A DNA stretch of 64,000 nt from Blepharisma stoltei ATCC 30299 (Eukaryota > Protista > Ciliophora), in NCBI GenBank assembly GCA_965603825.1, contig CBFDEM010000041.1, positions 372,001 through 436,000 on the forward strand. Reading direction: 5' to 3'. Each line of letters begins with the position of its first letter. The stretch's first letter is position 1. Shown piece after piece: positions 12,301-24,850 of the stretch. Below the pieces are notes generated by a model. That model was given only the letters and a program-made list of their open reading frames with translations. It did no database searches and was not told the DNA's origin. The position numbers and the translations under genes were made by a program.

Positions 12301-13539
12301 ATGTCAGATAAGGACACAGATTCTAAGCCGAAATTCAAAGACCTCAACATCTGCATGGAGCTCAGAAAAACTTGCAGAAAATTGAAATATTTCCACCCAA
12401 CCCCAATTCAATTAAAATCAATTCCACATGCATTAAATGGCAAAGACTTAATTTGCGCCTCTCAAACAGGGTCAGGGAAAACTTTGGCCTTTATATTACC
12501 AATTTTGCAAAAGTTCATAGAAGAGCCTCATTCATATTTTGCTTTAATTTTGACTCCTACTAGAGAGTTAGCATTGCAGACAGCTGAAACTATAGAGACT
12601 GTAGGCAAAAAAGCTGAAGTTAAAGCAGCTTCTATAATAGGGGGACTTAGCTCCTCTGAGCAAAAAGCTATACTGAAAGAAAAGCCACACATTATTGTAG
12701 GGACTCCTGGTAGAATAGTCGATTTTTTAGATAACACAAATTTGCTGAAATTAGAGAAAATCAAATTTTTGGTTTTCGACGAAGCTGATAGACTATTAAG
12801 CATGGATTTCGAAAATGATATCAAAAAAATCATAGAAAAATGCCCAGAATCAAGATCGACTTATCTTTTTTCAGCCACTATGACGAGTGGAGTGAAAAAG
12901 CTAAAAAATTATTGTCTCAAAAAAGACGCAGTAAAGATAGACTTGTCTAATAATGAAACTGTTGAAACTCTTACACAAAAATTCGCATTTTTGCCGTTTA
13001 GGTTTAAAGACACATATCTCGTCCACATCATCGAACAATTTTCTAAATCTTCAATCATAATTTTTACAGCTACAAATTTAGATGCAAAAAGACTTGAAAT
13101 TCTGCTGCAGCAGCTAAGCTACAAAGCCATTGCACTTTATGGGAAACTTACACAGAAAAAAAGGATAAAAGCTCTTAATAGGTTTAAAAACAGTAAAAAA
13201 AATATTTTGATAGCGACTGATGTGGCAAGTAGAGGCATAGATATCCCTGAAGTTGAGCTGATAGTAAACTATGATGTCCCAACAAAAACAAAAAACTATA
13301 TACATAGAGTAGGGAGAACTGCAAGAGCAGGACTGCAGGGGAATGCAATTACAATGGTAAGTCAGTATGATATACAAAATTTCCAAAGGATTGAAGAGTC
13401 TTTAGAAATAAGGATGGAGGAATATTTGATAAACCATGCAGAAGCTATGAAGCATTATGATGAAATCACATTAGCAGAAAGTTTTGTAGCGAAAAAGATT
13501 GAAGATGAAAAAATAGATAGTGAAGATAGCGATGAATAA
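12301..13539 (+). CDS. DDX47: DEAD-box RNA helicase Rrp3/DDX47-like
   Basis: Q motif PTPIQ, SQTGSGKTLAF, PTRELA, DEADRLL, SAT, TDVASRGIDIP, YIHRVGRTARAG, VSQYDI. Confidence 0.85.
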   Translation: MSDKDTDSKPKFKDLNICMELRKTCRKLKYFHPTPIQLKSIPHALNGKDLICASQTGSGKTLAFILPILQKFIEEPHSYFALILTPTRELALQTAETIETVGKKAEVKAASIIGGLSSSEQKAILKEKPHIIVGTPGRIVDFLDNTNLLKLEKIKFLVFDEADRLLSMDFENDIKKIIEKCPESRSTYLFSATMTSGVKKLKNYCLKKDAVKIDLSNNETVETLTQKFAFLPFRFKDTYLVHIIEQFSKSSIIIFTATNLDAKRLEILLQQLSYKAIALYGKLTQKKRIKALNRFKNSKKNILIATDVASRGIDIPEVELIVNYDVPTKTKNYIHRVGRTARAGLQGNAITMVSQYDIQNFQRIEESLEIRMEEYLINHAEAMKHYDEITLAESFVAKKIEDEKIDSEDSDE

Positions 13540-13619
13540 ACTTTTGGACAGATTTAGCATTAATTATCTAAAATAAAGCATGAGCGAATATTAAATTATT
13601 CATATTAGATCATCTCGGG

Positions 13620-14315
13620 ATGGAAGATTTTCATGATTGGTCTGATTCAGCCTATCGTAGTTTAAGTCGCCTAGAAGTCATTATTAAGAATTCGGAAAAG
13701 AATAGCAAAGAAAGCTCTCAGGAGTTTTTTGCAGAATGCGAAAAAGAAATAAGAAAAATTGAATTAAATTTAGAATATTGTGAGCAGTCAATCCATGAAA
13801 TAAATAGTCCAAATAAAGAAGTGTGCAAAATTAAATATAATGAATTATCAGACAAATTAAACCGCTGCAAAGCAGAACTTGAATTTAAAAATCAAAATAA
13901 AAGAAACTTATTTGGAAACAGACTTGAAGAAAATAAGGAAAACGAAAAGCAAGATTTGTCCAATGTAAGTGCACAAGAATTAATTACTAAGGGTTATAGG
14001 CTGTATCAAGAAGCTGAAGAAAGAATGCTAGGGATATATGGAAAAACAGAAGAAATCAAGTCTGTAGCTAGTGCAATTGAAGCAGGATTATATGAGCAGG
14101 AACAGAAAATAGATAAAATCGGGGATGAAGTAAACGATTTGAGAGGAGTCCTTAGAAGAACTGATAAGATCATGAATCAAATATATCGTAGATATTTGAC
14201 AGATAAATGCATACTTTGCTTGATTATTACTATTTTGATTGTACTTGTCACAATTATCATTTATGGAATTGCTAATGGCAAAAGTTTAGGCTTTCCAAAT
14301 GATACTATGAAATAA
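13620..14315 (+). CDS. NPSN-like Qb-SNARE, copy 1
   Basis: Helical N-terminal domain, SNARE motif (LYEQEQKI), TDKCI juxtamembrane motif, C-terminal TM segment. Confidence 0.8.
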   Translation: MEDFHDWSDSAYRSLSRLEVIIKNSEKNSKESSQEFFAECEKEIRKIELNLEYCEQSIHEINSPNKEVCKIKYNELSDKLNRCKAELEFKNQNKRNLFGNRLEENKENEKQDLSNVSAQELITKGYRLYQEAEERMLGIYGKTEEIKSVASAIEAGLYEQEQKIDKIGDEVNDLRGVLRRTDKIMNQIYRRYLTDKCILCLIITILIVLVTIIIYGIANGKSLGFPNDTMK

Positions 14316-14427
14316 CTTAATCAGATATTTAGCTATAGAAGTAGTTAAAAATCCACAAATATGTGTATTTCCTCTATTTCTTTTTACTAAAATATTATTT
14401 AAATAATCCGATAATATACTCGAAAGA

Positions 14428-15135
14428 ATGGAAGATTTTCAGCATTATTCCGACAGCTCCAGCAAGCGTTTAGATCGCCTTGAAGGCAACATTAAGAAGC
14501 TTGAGGATGCTCCAGTTCCCAGCGTTCCTCGTATTATAACAGAGTGCGATAATGAAATAAAACGAATCCGCAATGATTTTGAAGCCTGCGAACAAGCAAT
14601 CTCAGAATGTGATGGCCCAGACAGACAAGAATGCAAAAAAAAGCTAGCAGAACTTAACGACCGATTTGACCGCTGCCGAGCTGAACTGGAATTTAAACGT
14701 CAAAGCGGGAGCCAAAAAGCATTGTTCGGCAATGCGCTTGAAATTGATGGCCCAAAACAAGAAGCAAAGCAAAACCTCTCGCAGATGAGCGCTCAACAAG
14801 TGATTTCTAGAGGAGACGTACTATATCAAGAAGCTGAAGAAAGAATGCAAAGAGCTTTTGGGGTCACTGAACAATCAAAGCAAGTTGCAGGAGCTATTGA
14901 AGTCGAATTAAACCAGCAAGAGCAGCAAATAGGAAGGGTCGAAGATAAAACACAAGACCTGAGAGGGCACTTAAGAAGAGCTAACAAAATAATGGACCAA
15001 ATATACAGAAGATACCTGACTGACAAATGCATTTTATGCTTGATCATTTGTGTCATGATAGTCTTGGTGGTTATTATTATATATGGAGCAGTCGGTGGGA
15101 AAGATTTAGGGAGTCCTTCAGATAGTGTGAAATAA
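14428..15135 (+). CDS. NPSN-like Qb-SNARE, copy 2 (tandem paralog)
   Basis: Colinear with copy 1, sharing MEDF, RC.AELEFK, LYQEAEERM and QIYRRYLTDKCILCLII. Confidence 0.82.
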   Translation: MEDFQHYSDSSSKRLDRLEGNIKKLEDAPVPSVPRIITECDNEIKRIRNDFEACEQAISECDGPDRQECKKKLAELNDRFDRCRAELEFKRQSGSQKALFGNALEIDGPKQEAKQNLSQMSAQQVISRGDVLYQEAEERMQRAFGVTEQSKQVAGAIEVELNQQEQQIGRVEDKTQDLRGHLRRANKIMDQIYRRYLTDKCILCLIICVMIVLVVIIIYGAVGGKDLGSPSDSVK

Positions 15136-15157
15136 ATAATTTCAGAAAATAAATTAA

Positions 15158-15442
15158 TTACTCTAGTTTTTGAGACTCTCTTCTAATCAGATCATCTAAA
15201 AGCTCAGTGGTGATATTCTGATAGTCAAATGATAAAAATTTAACTGAGTTTCCTCTGATGAAACATTTTTCGACGCCTACTAGATGTGGGTCTTCAGTTG
15301 TTACATCTGTGATATTCATGTTTAGGTTTGTGTCGATATAGTGCAATTTTCCTGATAATTCGATATTATTTTTTAGAGTGATGGTAATTCTGGTGTCTCT
15401 TTCAGCTATTGTTTTAAAGAGTGGGTGAAATTGCACAGACAT
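15158..15442 (-). CDS. LSM2: Sm-like protein LSm2
   Basis: FKT..., ITITLKNN, G.LH..D..LN and PHLVGVEKCFIRGN are Sm motifs closest to LSm2. Confidence 0.75.
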   Translation of the reverse strand: MSVQFHPLFKTIAERDTRITITLKNNIELSGKLHYIDTNLNMNITDVTTEDPHLVGVEKCFIRGNSVKFLSFDYQNITTELLDDLIRRESQKLE

Positions 15443-15496
15443 GATTATATTGAATGTTTAAGTATAAAGTATAATAGTTTTATAGACCCCTTTAAT

Positions 15497-15853
15497 ATGG
15501 AAGACAATAGCAATTGGAAAAGAAAAGCCCCAGAAGAAGTTTCTCCTGCCAAGCTTTTAAGAGCTCAAACCTCAGAAAACGATCAAAGTACTCGAGAAAA
15601 ATTGGAAGCAATAATCAAAGAAAATCAGCGTCTTCAAACTGAAAACGATAATTTATCAAGAGAATTGGCAGAGAAAAAGGTAAAACTTATATAGAGAGAG
15701 CTCGAAGTGCTTCAAAGAGAGCATTCAAGTGATTCAATGGTAATAGATGAGCAAGTTAGCGAGCTTCAAATACAATATGATATTGAAGTTAGGAAATTTA
15801 AAGAAGAAATGATCAAGATGTTTGATGACTTTGAACCTCATATCAAAGTTTAG
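15497..15853 (+). CDS. Small coiled-coil protein, one intron
   Basis: ATG 15497 (MEDNSNWKRKAP). Removing intron 15680-15694 extends the frame to TAG 15851-15853 (114 codons). Confidence 0.78.
15680..15694 (+). other. 15-nt intron GTAAAACTTATATAG
   Basis: GT..AG, A at position 10, in-frame TAG if retained. Confidence 0.88.
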
Positions 15854-16244
15854 GTGAAAATAATTAAGCATGACATTAAAATAAAATATTTAAGAATATT
15901 CTCAATTTTACAATATAATTAAACTAGCTTCGATTGATTTGCGATTATAAAACACTTTTAATGCATATTTAATTTAAATATTAGAACCTAATATTAGTAT
16001 CGATTATTAACACAAGAATTTTATTATAGAATTGATCTAATCTATTAGCCTAATCTAATTATAATAATTCGGCTGGTTTTGTTAATAAATGGTTATCCAT
16101 AAAGTCACACATGCTTTAAACAATACTCAAGAAAGCAAAGGGCTTAATATGTTTGCTAAGAGGTTTCAAAAAACATGGAAATTCCTCGAGTTTAAGGCAT
16201 TTTGTGAAGATCTGTTAACTATCATTCATAGCTAAAAAAATAAA

Positions 16245-17570
16245 ATGGAAGATACTGTTGACGATGTATTCCGATTAGAATCAGAAATTAAAAATCTCAA
16301 ATTCGCATTGAGTATTATAGAGGGGAAATTACAAGACCCATTTATAGAACGCAGAGCTTCGTCTACAAATAATAAAAGAAATCCAAGCGAAGACATTAAT
16401 GAAATAATTGCTTTATTTGCAGATCGGGAAAGCGAATTAAAAGCTTGTATTGAAATCGCAAATAATTTACTTAACACAACAGAAAAATCAATCATATTAA
16501 TAAAAAACCAGAAGGAAGATAGCAAAATCCACAAAGAAATTCTCTACCAAGAAAACCAAAAAATGAAAACTCAATTATCAAAAACAGCCAAAAAATTTGA
16601 ACAAACTAGTTCTGCTTTATTTTTATCTGAAGAACAATTACAAGTTCTTAATGCAGAATATCAAAAAATTCTTTCAGAATGCAACAAACTCAAAGAAATG
16701 CCAATTTCACTTGAGGATGAAATAATTAATCTAAAAACATTTTTTCGAGAACAATTTGAAAGCATGTATAAAGAAATAGTAGGTCTTGAAAAGAAAAATA
16801 AAGAAATTGCTGATGAATACCAAAAATTGGAAATGCTTTACGATGAAAAGTGTGAAAAATTAAATAATTTAAAAAAAAAATACGAAAAGTGCAGTGAAAA
16901 GTGTAGTTTGCTCGAAAATGACATATTGGAATATAGCAACGAATTGATGGATAAGGAACAAAAATATGGCGAAATGATGGTAACCAACGAAAAACTAAGA
17001 ATTCAGGTGGAAAAGCTTGAAGAAGACCTTTCAATATTAGAAAATGTAAGAGTAAAAGCCACTGAGCCCAAAAATAATGAGAAGAGCATTTCTCTTTCTT
17101 CAGAGCTAGATATCATAGATGAAGAACAATTATTTTACAAAAATAGAAAGAAATCTGAGATTAAGCAAATAAGTATCATGCTAGATGATGATACAGAAGC
17201 ATCAGAAACCCCACAGGTAAATACGCCTAAAGCACTTACCATTTTATCAAGCCAAACCTTAAAGTCAGATCAACTGGCCAAAGATTCAAAAATTATTACA
17301 AATATAAACTCCATTCTATTAAAACCTCAAAATTCCTGTGAATTTGCTGGTCGAAAAGAGCCTGCTGAAGAATATTTCATTCTCTCTACTCAAGCAGTCA
17401 AACTAAATCTTTCATACATGGATGCTATTTGTATCATTCCTCCTAAAGATTTATATCGCAAAGCCTTGAAAGAGAACGTCCCATTCCATACATGACATCA
17501 ATGGATTGAGAAGCAGTTATACTCAGCATATATACAATTAAAATTCGCAAGAAGTTATAAAAATATTTAG
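16245..17570 (+). CDS. Coiled-coil protein with globular C-terminal motif
   Basis: The ORF continues through TGA 17493 (ENVPFHT-W-HQWIEKQL) to TAG 17568-17570. Confidence 0.8.
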
Positions 17571-17586
17571 ATTATTAATTTTAATT

Positions 17587-18483
17587 TTAGGACAATTTCA
17601 ACTTAGGAAGTTTCACTCCTTTTATTTGCTTAATTTTTTTATTTGCATCGCATAGCTGTTTCTTCGACTTGATTTCAATGAACCCATTAACATCAGTTTT
17701 TAGAGAACAACTACCTCTTCCTCTTTCTGTGGATTCTTTCATTTTCAGAATTTTTAATCGCCTTCTATGGTTTTCATACAAATCTGGCTTCTTCTTGTAA
17801 TGTAAATTTGGTGTTAGTTCAAGAAAAGATTCTTTGTCTTTGAAACTGTAATTTTCCAATGAAATATGTTTTGGCACTGATTTTACTGATTTTGAGTGGA
17901 ACTTTTCAAGGGCTTTTGACTCATAACTGTCTTCAAGATCAGAATGTGGGCTTTTTATTTTTGGGCAAACTGGTGATAAAGGCTTTAGGGATTTTTCTGT
18001 AGGCTTGCCATTCAAAATTTTATAAAAATCAATAGGAGATAGCATTTGTTTATTTCTCCATATTTTTGGTGATAAGTCAATTTTCTGAGAGTTAATAGGT
18101 GTATCTATTTGAGTGCTTTCATCTTTGAAATTACTCATAAATGATTGCTTATATAATGAGGCTATATCCTCATTAATAGTTTTATCATTTATTTCTTCAT
18201 AGAAAGTTTCTTGATCCTGCATATATCGAGCTTTTCTTGTATTTTTTTTCCTTGAGTCTTGTCGGTACGAAATAGGATTTTCTTGGCTTTTGTTAAGAAG
18301 CTCATTTAAATATTCTTTTCATGCATTTCTATATTTTATAATAGATTTATCCTCAATCTCTTTTGATTGATCAAATTTTTTTTCCCTTTGATTTGCGGAT
18401 TTTATTGTCACACTGATTATTTCTGGATTTTGGAGCTTAGCTTCCGAAGGCTTTGGGGTCCTTGGAGTTCGAGAGTAGATCAT
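17587..18483 (-). CDS. Hypothetical Lys/Ser-rich protein (298 aa)
   Basis: ATG 18483 (MIYSRTPRTPK) is in frame with the 17587..18222 ORF via one TGA at 18319-18321. Confidence 0.72.
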
Positions 18484-18970
18484 TTCTTAAATAATGCAAA
18501 AGTTGAAATGGCGAAATTATTATTATTTCAAAAAGCGTTAACGCTTTCAATAGTCTTTTCTTCAAAAGTCAATCATTTAAATGAAAAATGCAAATATAAA
18601 GATTCTTACTTTATTAAAACCTTTTTTGAGAGGTAAATTGCTTAATAAGAAAATTTTTACGCTAATAAGTTAGTAGGCAAAATAAGTTATAGATGCATTG
18701 CTAGCCAATGTAATAATGGAAACAATTTTCTTCATCAAAAACTTGGTTAAAACTATAATAATTCACCTTAGCTTTCCAATATGACAATAATTAAGTTCAC
18801 AAAATGACGTCATTAAAATGACAGAATTAATATGAAAAAGTGAGTTTGTAAATGTCTCATATAAAAATGAAAAATATGATTTTTGCATTTCCAAATAATT
18901 TTTAAAAATAAATAATTCAATCACTAAATAAAGTTTATTTTACTTTAGCTTATATGTGCTAATAATAAAA

Positions 18971-19426
18971 ATGGATGAAAACATTATCTACTTTTATGAC
19001 AAGGCTTCTGAAAGAGTTCGTGAAGATAGCATCTACTTAAACAACTATTTTGAGTCTCCATTTACGATAGGAGGTAAAGAATATCAAACTGTAGAGCATT
19101 TTTACCAGGCTAATAAATATCCCGACCATGATACATACGAAATGATTAGAAACTGCGAGACTCCAGATCAAGCCAAGAAACTTGCAAACAGCATGCAATA
19201 TGATAGAGAAAACTGGCAAGAACGAAAAGATGAAGTCATGATGAGAGCACTTTGGGCTAAATTTTTACAACATCCAGAATTAAAAGAAAAATTATTGGAA
19301 ACAGGAGATAAGGTATTGATAGAAGACAGCAATAAGGACGCTTATTGGGGCGGAGCTTTAGAAGGCTCAAGGAATAGATTAGGAGAAATGCTGATGGAAA
19401 TTAGGGTGAAATTAAGGAGTGATTAA
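18971..19426 (+). CDS. NADAR (YbiA-like) family protein
   Basis: LNNYFESPF, YQTVEHFYQANK, VMMRALWAKFLQHPELKEKLLETGD..LIE, DAYWG, GSRNRLGEMLMEIR. Confidence 0.92.
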   Translation: MDENIIYFYDKASERVREDSIYLNNYFESPFTIGGKEYQTVEHFYQANKYPDHDTYEMIRNCETPDQAKKLANSMQYDRENWQERKDEVMMRALWAKFLQHPELKEKLLETGDKVLIEDSNKDAYWGGALEGSRNRLGEMLMEIRVKLRSD

Positions 19427-20188
19427 GCTTTTTTTCTATTTTTAATTAGCAATTCTTCCAAATATTCTCAGTTTCTAATATTCAACATATTAATTTAATA
19501 TTTATTAAATCAGATATTACAATATCAATTTCTTTATTCCTTAAAAATATTGCAATATCTCTAGTCTTTCTTTAAGAGAAACTCATTCATCTGATGTGAC
19601 ATCAATTTTAAAATAATGAAGGCTTCCTGAGATAAAAAACAAGATGCTATAAAGTCACTAACTCAAACCTTGCTTAATTACGTATAGAGAAGTTCCTGCA
19701 TACTCACAGGCAATTATTACAACAATAAAATGTTTAAATTAAATTAAATCATTCTTTGAAATTTTACAAGGTTTTTATTTCTATTCAGACTCTATACTAC
19801 AAACATCATGCTGATAAGGATATAACTGTTTTTAAATTTATTGCAAATTTTCGTCAATTTATAGTAAATTAAATATAAGAAATATTAGATTTTTAAACTT
19901 TCATAAAGAATGATATTTTTATTATCATTACCACTAAAAACCAGCAATATAGACAGTCCAAGACAATCAATAAAGAAAAATTATAATTTCAATATTATCA
20001 ATGGAAGATTATCATTTAAGTTATCTTTAAATACTAGTTATAAATTGCTAGCCTATTCTATTTTAAACTTATTTTATGGTACATATGCTGATTAATATCG
20101 CCCTTACACAAAAATATAAATTTGAAAGAATAGATTTTAGAATACTCAAACTTAAACTATTTTTAATTTTAATATTAAACACCTATAA

Positions 20189-21589
20189 ATGAACGAACCG
20201 ATTTTGTCTAAAGCTAGCTTTGTTCATTCATTCACTTGCAAAATTGATGAGAGATACAAAATCTTCCATAAACTTGGAGACGGGTCATATGGCCGTGTCT
20301 TTTTAGCCCAACACAATGAGACTAATCAAGTAAGAGCAATCAAAGATATTCCAAAAAGGCGTCTAAAAAGCAGAGAAAGACTCGATAATGAAATCAAAGT
20401 TTTATCATACGCTGATCACCCAAATATATGCAGGATCTTTGAGTTTATTGAAGATGAGTCAGATATTTATTTAGTTCTTGAGCATTGCAAAGGCGGTGAA
20501 CTCTTTGACTTCATTCTCAAAAAAGGCCGCCTCAGTGAATTAGAAGCTGCTATATTATTTCGGCAATTATTACTTGCTATCAATTATTTACACTCTAATG
20601 GGGTATGCCATCGAGATATCAAGCCAGAAAATCTGATGTTTTCTGAAGCCGATTTCAATTCGTCTCTCAAATTAATTGACTTTGGACTTGCAAAGTTCGT
20701 AGATAACCCTTCAGGACTGATGTTCACTCGTGCAGGGACTCCTTTTTATATTTCACCAGAAATCCTTAAAGGATCTTACTCAATGAGTACTGATAACTGG
20801 AGCGCAGGAGTGATCCTTTATGTAATGCTCTGTGGATATCCTCCGTTTTACTCAAAATCAGATAATGAGATTTTTCGGCTGGTTTTAAATGGAAATTATA
20901 GTTTTCGTGGGAAAGAATGGACAGATGTTTCTCCTCTAGCTAAAGATCTAATAAGGCACTTGCTTGTAGTTGACCCAAGTCTTAGGCTTACAGCTGAGCA
21001 AGCATTGAAGCACGAATGGCTTTCCGGACTTACTTTGACGGATACACCTCTAGAGATTAATATTAATTCTTTAAGGAGTTTTAATATTTCAAGAAAATTC
21101 AGAAAAGCAATTTTATTATGTGTGGCTTCTCAGTGCAATGAATGTGATATCTCAAATTTAAGAACGCATTTCATGAGAATTGATAGGAATGGTAAAGGAA
21201 GCATCACTTATGATGAGCTACACCAAGTTTTGCAGCAATACTCAGCAGCTCTAGGTGATGAAATAGGGAGCATTATTGCTAGTATGGATGTAAATAGAAA
21301 TGGAATCATTGATTATACTGAATTTCTAGCAGCCTCATTAGACAAAAGCATTTATATGCAGCAAGAACGTCTTATAACCGCATTTAAAGTGTTTGATAAA
21401 AACAATAATGGATTAATATCTATAGATGATTTAAAAGAATTGCTAGGGAAAGAAGATCTGCAAGATAACGAGTATTGGGAAGAGATTATAAGAGATGCCG
21501 ATGCGAATGGAGATGGAGTTGTAGATTTTAATGATTTTATTGCAGCAATTGATTTACGGCTTTCATCTCAATATTCTTATATTCTTTAA
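20189..21589 (+). CDS. Calcium-dependent protein kinase (CDPK)
   Basis: GDGSYG, RAIK, HRDIKPEN and DFG kinase motifs, followed by a junction and four EF-hands (DRNGKG, DVNRNG, DKNNNG, DANGDG). Confidence 0.95.
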   Translation: MNEPILSKASFVHSFTCKIDERYKIFHKLGDGSYGRVFLAQHNETNQVRAIKDIPKRRLKSRERLDNEIKVLSYADHPNICRIFEFIEDESDIYLVLEHCKGGELFDFILKKGRLSELEAAILFRQLLLAINYLHSNGVCHRDIKPENLMFSEADFNSSLKLIDFGLAKFVDNPSGLMFTRAGTPFYISPEILKGSYSMSTDNWSAGVILYVMLCGYPPFYSKSDNEIFRLVLNGNYSFRGKEWTDVSPLAKDLIRHLLVVDPSLRLTAEQALKHEWLSGLTLTDTPLEININSLRSFNISRKFRKAILLCVASQCNECDISNLRTHFMRIDRNGKGSITYDELHQVLQQYSAALGDEIGSIIASMDVNRNGIIDYTEFLAASLDKSIYMQQERLITAFKVFDKNNNGLISIDDLKELLGKEDLQDNEYWEEIIRDADANGDGVVDFNDFIAAIDLRLSSQYSYIL

Positions 21590-23839
21590 TATCAATTAAT
21601 ATAAATTTTATTCTACAGGATATTCAAAATTTTTAGAAATAAACAACTTTGTTAAGATCCTCAATTTATTCAATGAGGTAAAATTTTCCCAAAATATATG
21701 CTTTTTTGATACTTTGCTCGTTAATCAAGAGTGCTTTTTATGGATTTTGTTCAAAGCCATGCACATTAGTGTAAAAATGTGAATATTATTAGTTTATAAG
21801 AAAAATAATATTGCACAATAATCTAGAAGCTTAAATTAATTAATATTTTGTCCCATTATCCTTGATATTAAATCTTGATTCTAAATCAATTCTATATTTA
21901 TCACTCTTATCAATTCATATTCTAGCTCCTTAAAATGCTTATTATTACTCAGCTTCGAAATATATCAAGCATATCCATTTCTCTTCTCGAGGCCAATAAT
22001 GCTAAGAAGAGAAATCATATACTTGACTTTCTATGTTAGATGCATTGGGAAAGAATAGCTCAATATTATCCAAAATATAGCATGTCTAAATAAAAAAGTC
22101 CATCGATAACTTATTACGATTTAATTTTAAGAAATAGGCGAATTCTATTTTTATTGTTTAAATTTTGTAAATATAGCTATTGATTTAATGATTTTGAAGA
22201 GTTTTAATAAGTTTCTGTTTAAGAATCCATTTTTGAAACAGTATAATATATGCACAAATATTCTTAATATTAAAAATAATAATTAAATAGGATTAACTAA
22301 ATGTATATAAATTTTATTTAACCCCTCAAGTTCTCAATTATTTAAATCCTTTTTGTATTAAGAATATCTCGCCATTATAAGGTAACTTCATACAGAAATA
22401 TTCATGTCAACAAGAATAAATTTAAAGTAAATCGTTTTGATTTCTTATTTTTGCGCTATATTCTCGGTTTCAAAAGAAATACTTTGCGTGGCAATTTAAA
22501 AAACATAATAATCCTGAATATGTATGCGATAAATAATTCTTTTCAAGCTTTTCAAATAATTTATTTTATGACAATCAGGCGAAATAATGTTTTATGAGCT
22601 CACTTTTGATAATTAAGCCTTTAAAATTGGTTAATTTATAGTTATATAATTAATTAATTAATATTCGTTCACTTCCAATTTTCCAGCTTCAAAAATATTT
22701 TAAATATTTCAGAGAAATACCTTTTATAAAAGAGACTTAAAATATAAGTTATTTTGATATAAAGGCGAATATATTATTAGGCAGCATTTATTTAAAGTAG
22801 CAATAATGTCTGAGACATTAATTAATGATTGTTTCAAAACCCTATAATTCCATTTTTATCATAAAAGCGATTTCACGGCTGAATTTTATTAATATAGTTA
22901 TTAATATCCAAACTACTAGATTTCAATTATTCGATATTTATTTTACAATTTTTGTTAGTATAGAGATTGAAATAACCTTTTTTTGGCATAAAATTTATAA
23001 ATAACATTATTTTGGAATGCTATTTAATGCCGCAAATTATCCAAAGATTGTGCAATGTAAGAGCTTTATTAATACAATAAGATTACTTCTAATTATAAAT
23101 AGAATTTAAATTAATTTAAAAATATACATAAAAATTAATACCATATAATTCAAAATTTATATAAGATCACTGTGGCAGAAAAGAGGATTCTTTGCATTTT
23201 GATGAGTAATCCTTAATTTGAGATCAAAAGTCTGAAGTTCTTGAAGAATGATCCAAAGAGCATAAATTCAATTTCATCAAAAATATTATATCAAAAATTT
23301 AGTTTTGATTGCTTATTATTAGAAGAAGCGATACAAAAGCAATATTACTTATCTCTACTCTTCAAACTTGCTTAGAGTTCAGCACTTTATGACAACTGAA
23401 GTCAAAATGAAGATAATTAGTCGAAGATGCTGGACATTTATTTATCTTCTTTTTAGTGTTTTTAATTCCTTCCTGCAATAAAATATTCTGATCATTTAGA
23501 TGTTACTTCCGCCAAAGATTGTGAAACTAATTCATTTGTGTGGATTAGAATTTTCAAAAGAAAATAAAAAAATCTAAAATCAAATTACCGCATTAATGAA
23601 GCCAAATTGCTACAAATATAAAACCTCTCTAGACTATTTCAAATTTTGCTTTACAAAAAATTTTAAGCTTCCTCAAAATTATAAAAAAATCACTGGCTGT
23701 TTTAATTCAAATTTATAAGAGCCATTCCACATTCTTTTTAGATTAATTCATATATCTTAAGCTTAAATTTTCAAGCATTAAATTTTAACTTTTCAAATAA
23801 ATAGTTGCAAGAAATAAATGGTATAAATTATTCCTAGAT

Positions 23840-24127
23840 ATGAATTGGCATAATTTCGATAGAAGAAATGAGAATCGCATTTTCTCTATTCCAACAGAGA
23901 CAATTGAACAAAACGAGACAGATAGCATTGAAATCAATGATTGTCCAGAAATTATATCGAATAATCGGATATATTGCTGTTCAATCTGTGATATAAACTT
24001 CTCAGGGCCAAAATCCTTACAAAAGCATTTAAGGAAGCATTTCACATCAGAAAATCCTTCGTCATTTGCATGTGAGCAATTAAGACCAGAAGGCAACGAA
24101 ACTGAAGGCGAAAACCATAACTTATAA
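23840..24127 (+). CDS. Small single C2H2 zinc-finger protein
   Basis: YCCSICDINFSGPKSLQKHLRKH matches CxxC-x3-F-x5-L-x2-H-x3-H; ends TAA. Confidence 0.62.
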   Translation: MNWHNFDRRNENRIFSIPTETIEQNETDSIEINDCPEIISNNRIYCCSICDINFSGPKSLQKHLRKHFTSENPSSFACEQLRPEGNETEGENHNL

Positions 24128-24850
24128 TTTAAAAACTTTCACCAAGATGGTTTTTATGATTATCACTCTAAAAATAATGAAATGAATTAAACCAAACCAA
24201 TAACTTTATCTTTTCTTTATGTGTGAATAATGACTCTATGTTGCATTTTTAGGTTTTTAATATTTAGCCTAAGATTTAATTAGAGATATAAATGTCTGCT
24301 TTTTTTTCTGAATACGACGTCAGCTTGATGAAAATGAATTTTTAAAATCATTCTTTTATTATAAAGAAATTTTAATAGACTAGAACTTGTGAAGTCTTGC
24401 TGAATTTTTATTATCGTTAGATAATCTTTGTTTCAAAAATAAAAATGTTGAAGATATCATTAAAACGACCCTATTTCTTCAATTGCTTATGAATTTAAAT
24501 AGATTTATGAAAATTATACTGATTTTGATACCTTAATTTGTTTCATCTATTGTTGGCTTACTTTATGGAAAAATGATGCTTAAGATCGTTATTTATGTTG
24601 CGTATTTTTAGATATAAAAAAATGTGTTAATTAAATAATAAAAGAGGTTGCATATCGTAAAGAAAGTATTTTTATAACTATTTTTCTAGATAATCTATGG
24701 CAATATATAAGCCAAATAATTGAAAATTAAAATTGATATTCAAAATTCCTGCAATTTTTTGGGTTGGATAATCTTAAATTAGATTAAATTAATTATGTGT
24801 GTCATAAGTTAATAAATGTTTAAATCAAAATTGTTTTATTTCATTTATAT

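Noticed and set aside
19910-20095. 61-aa ORF upstream of CDPK
   Set aside because: Composition is indistinguishable from AT-rich intergenic DNA.
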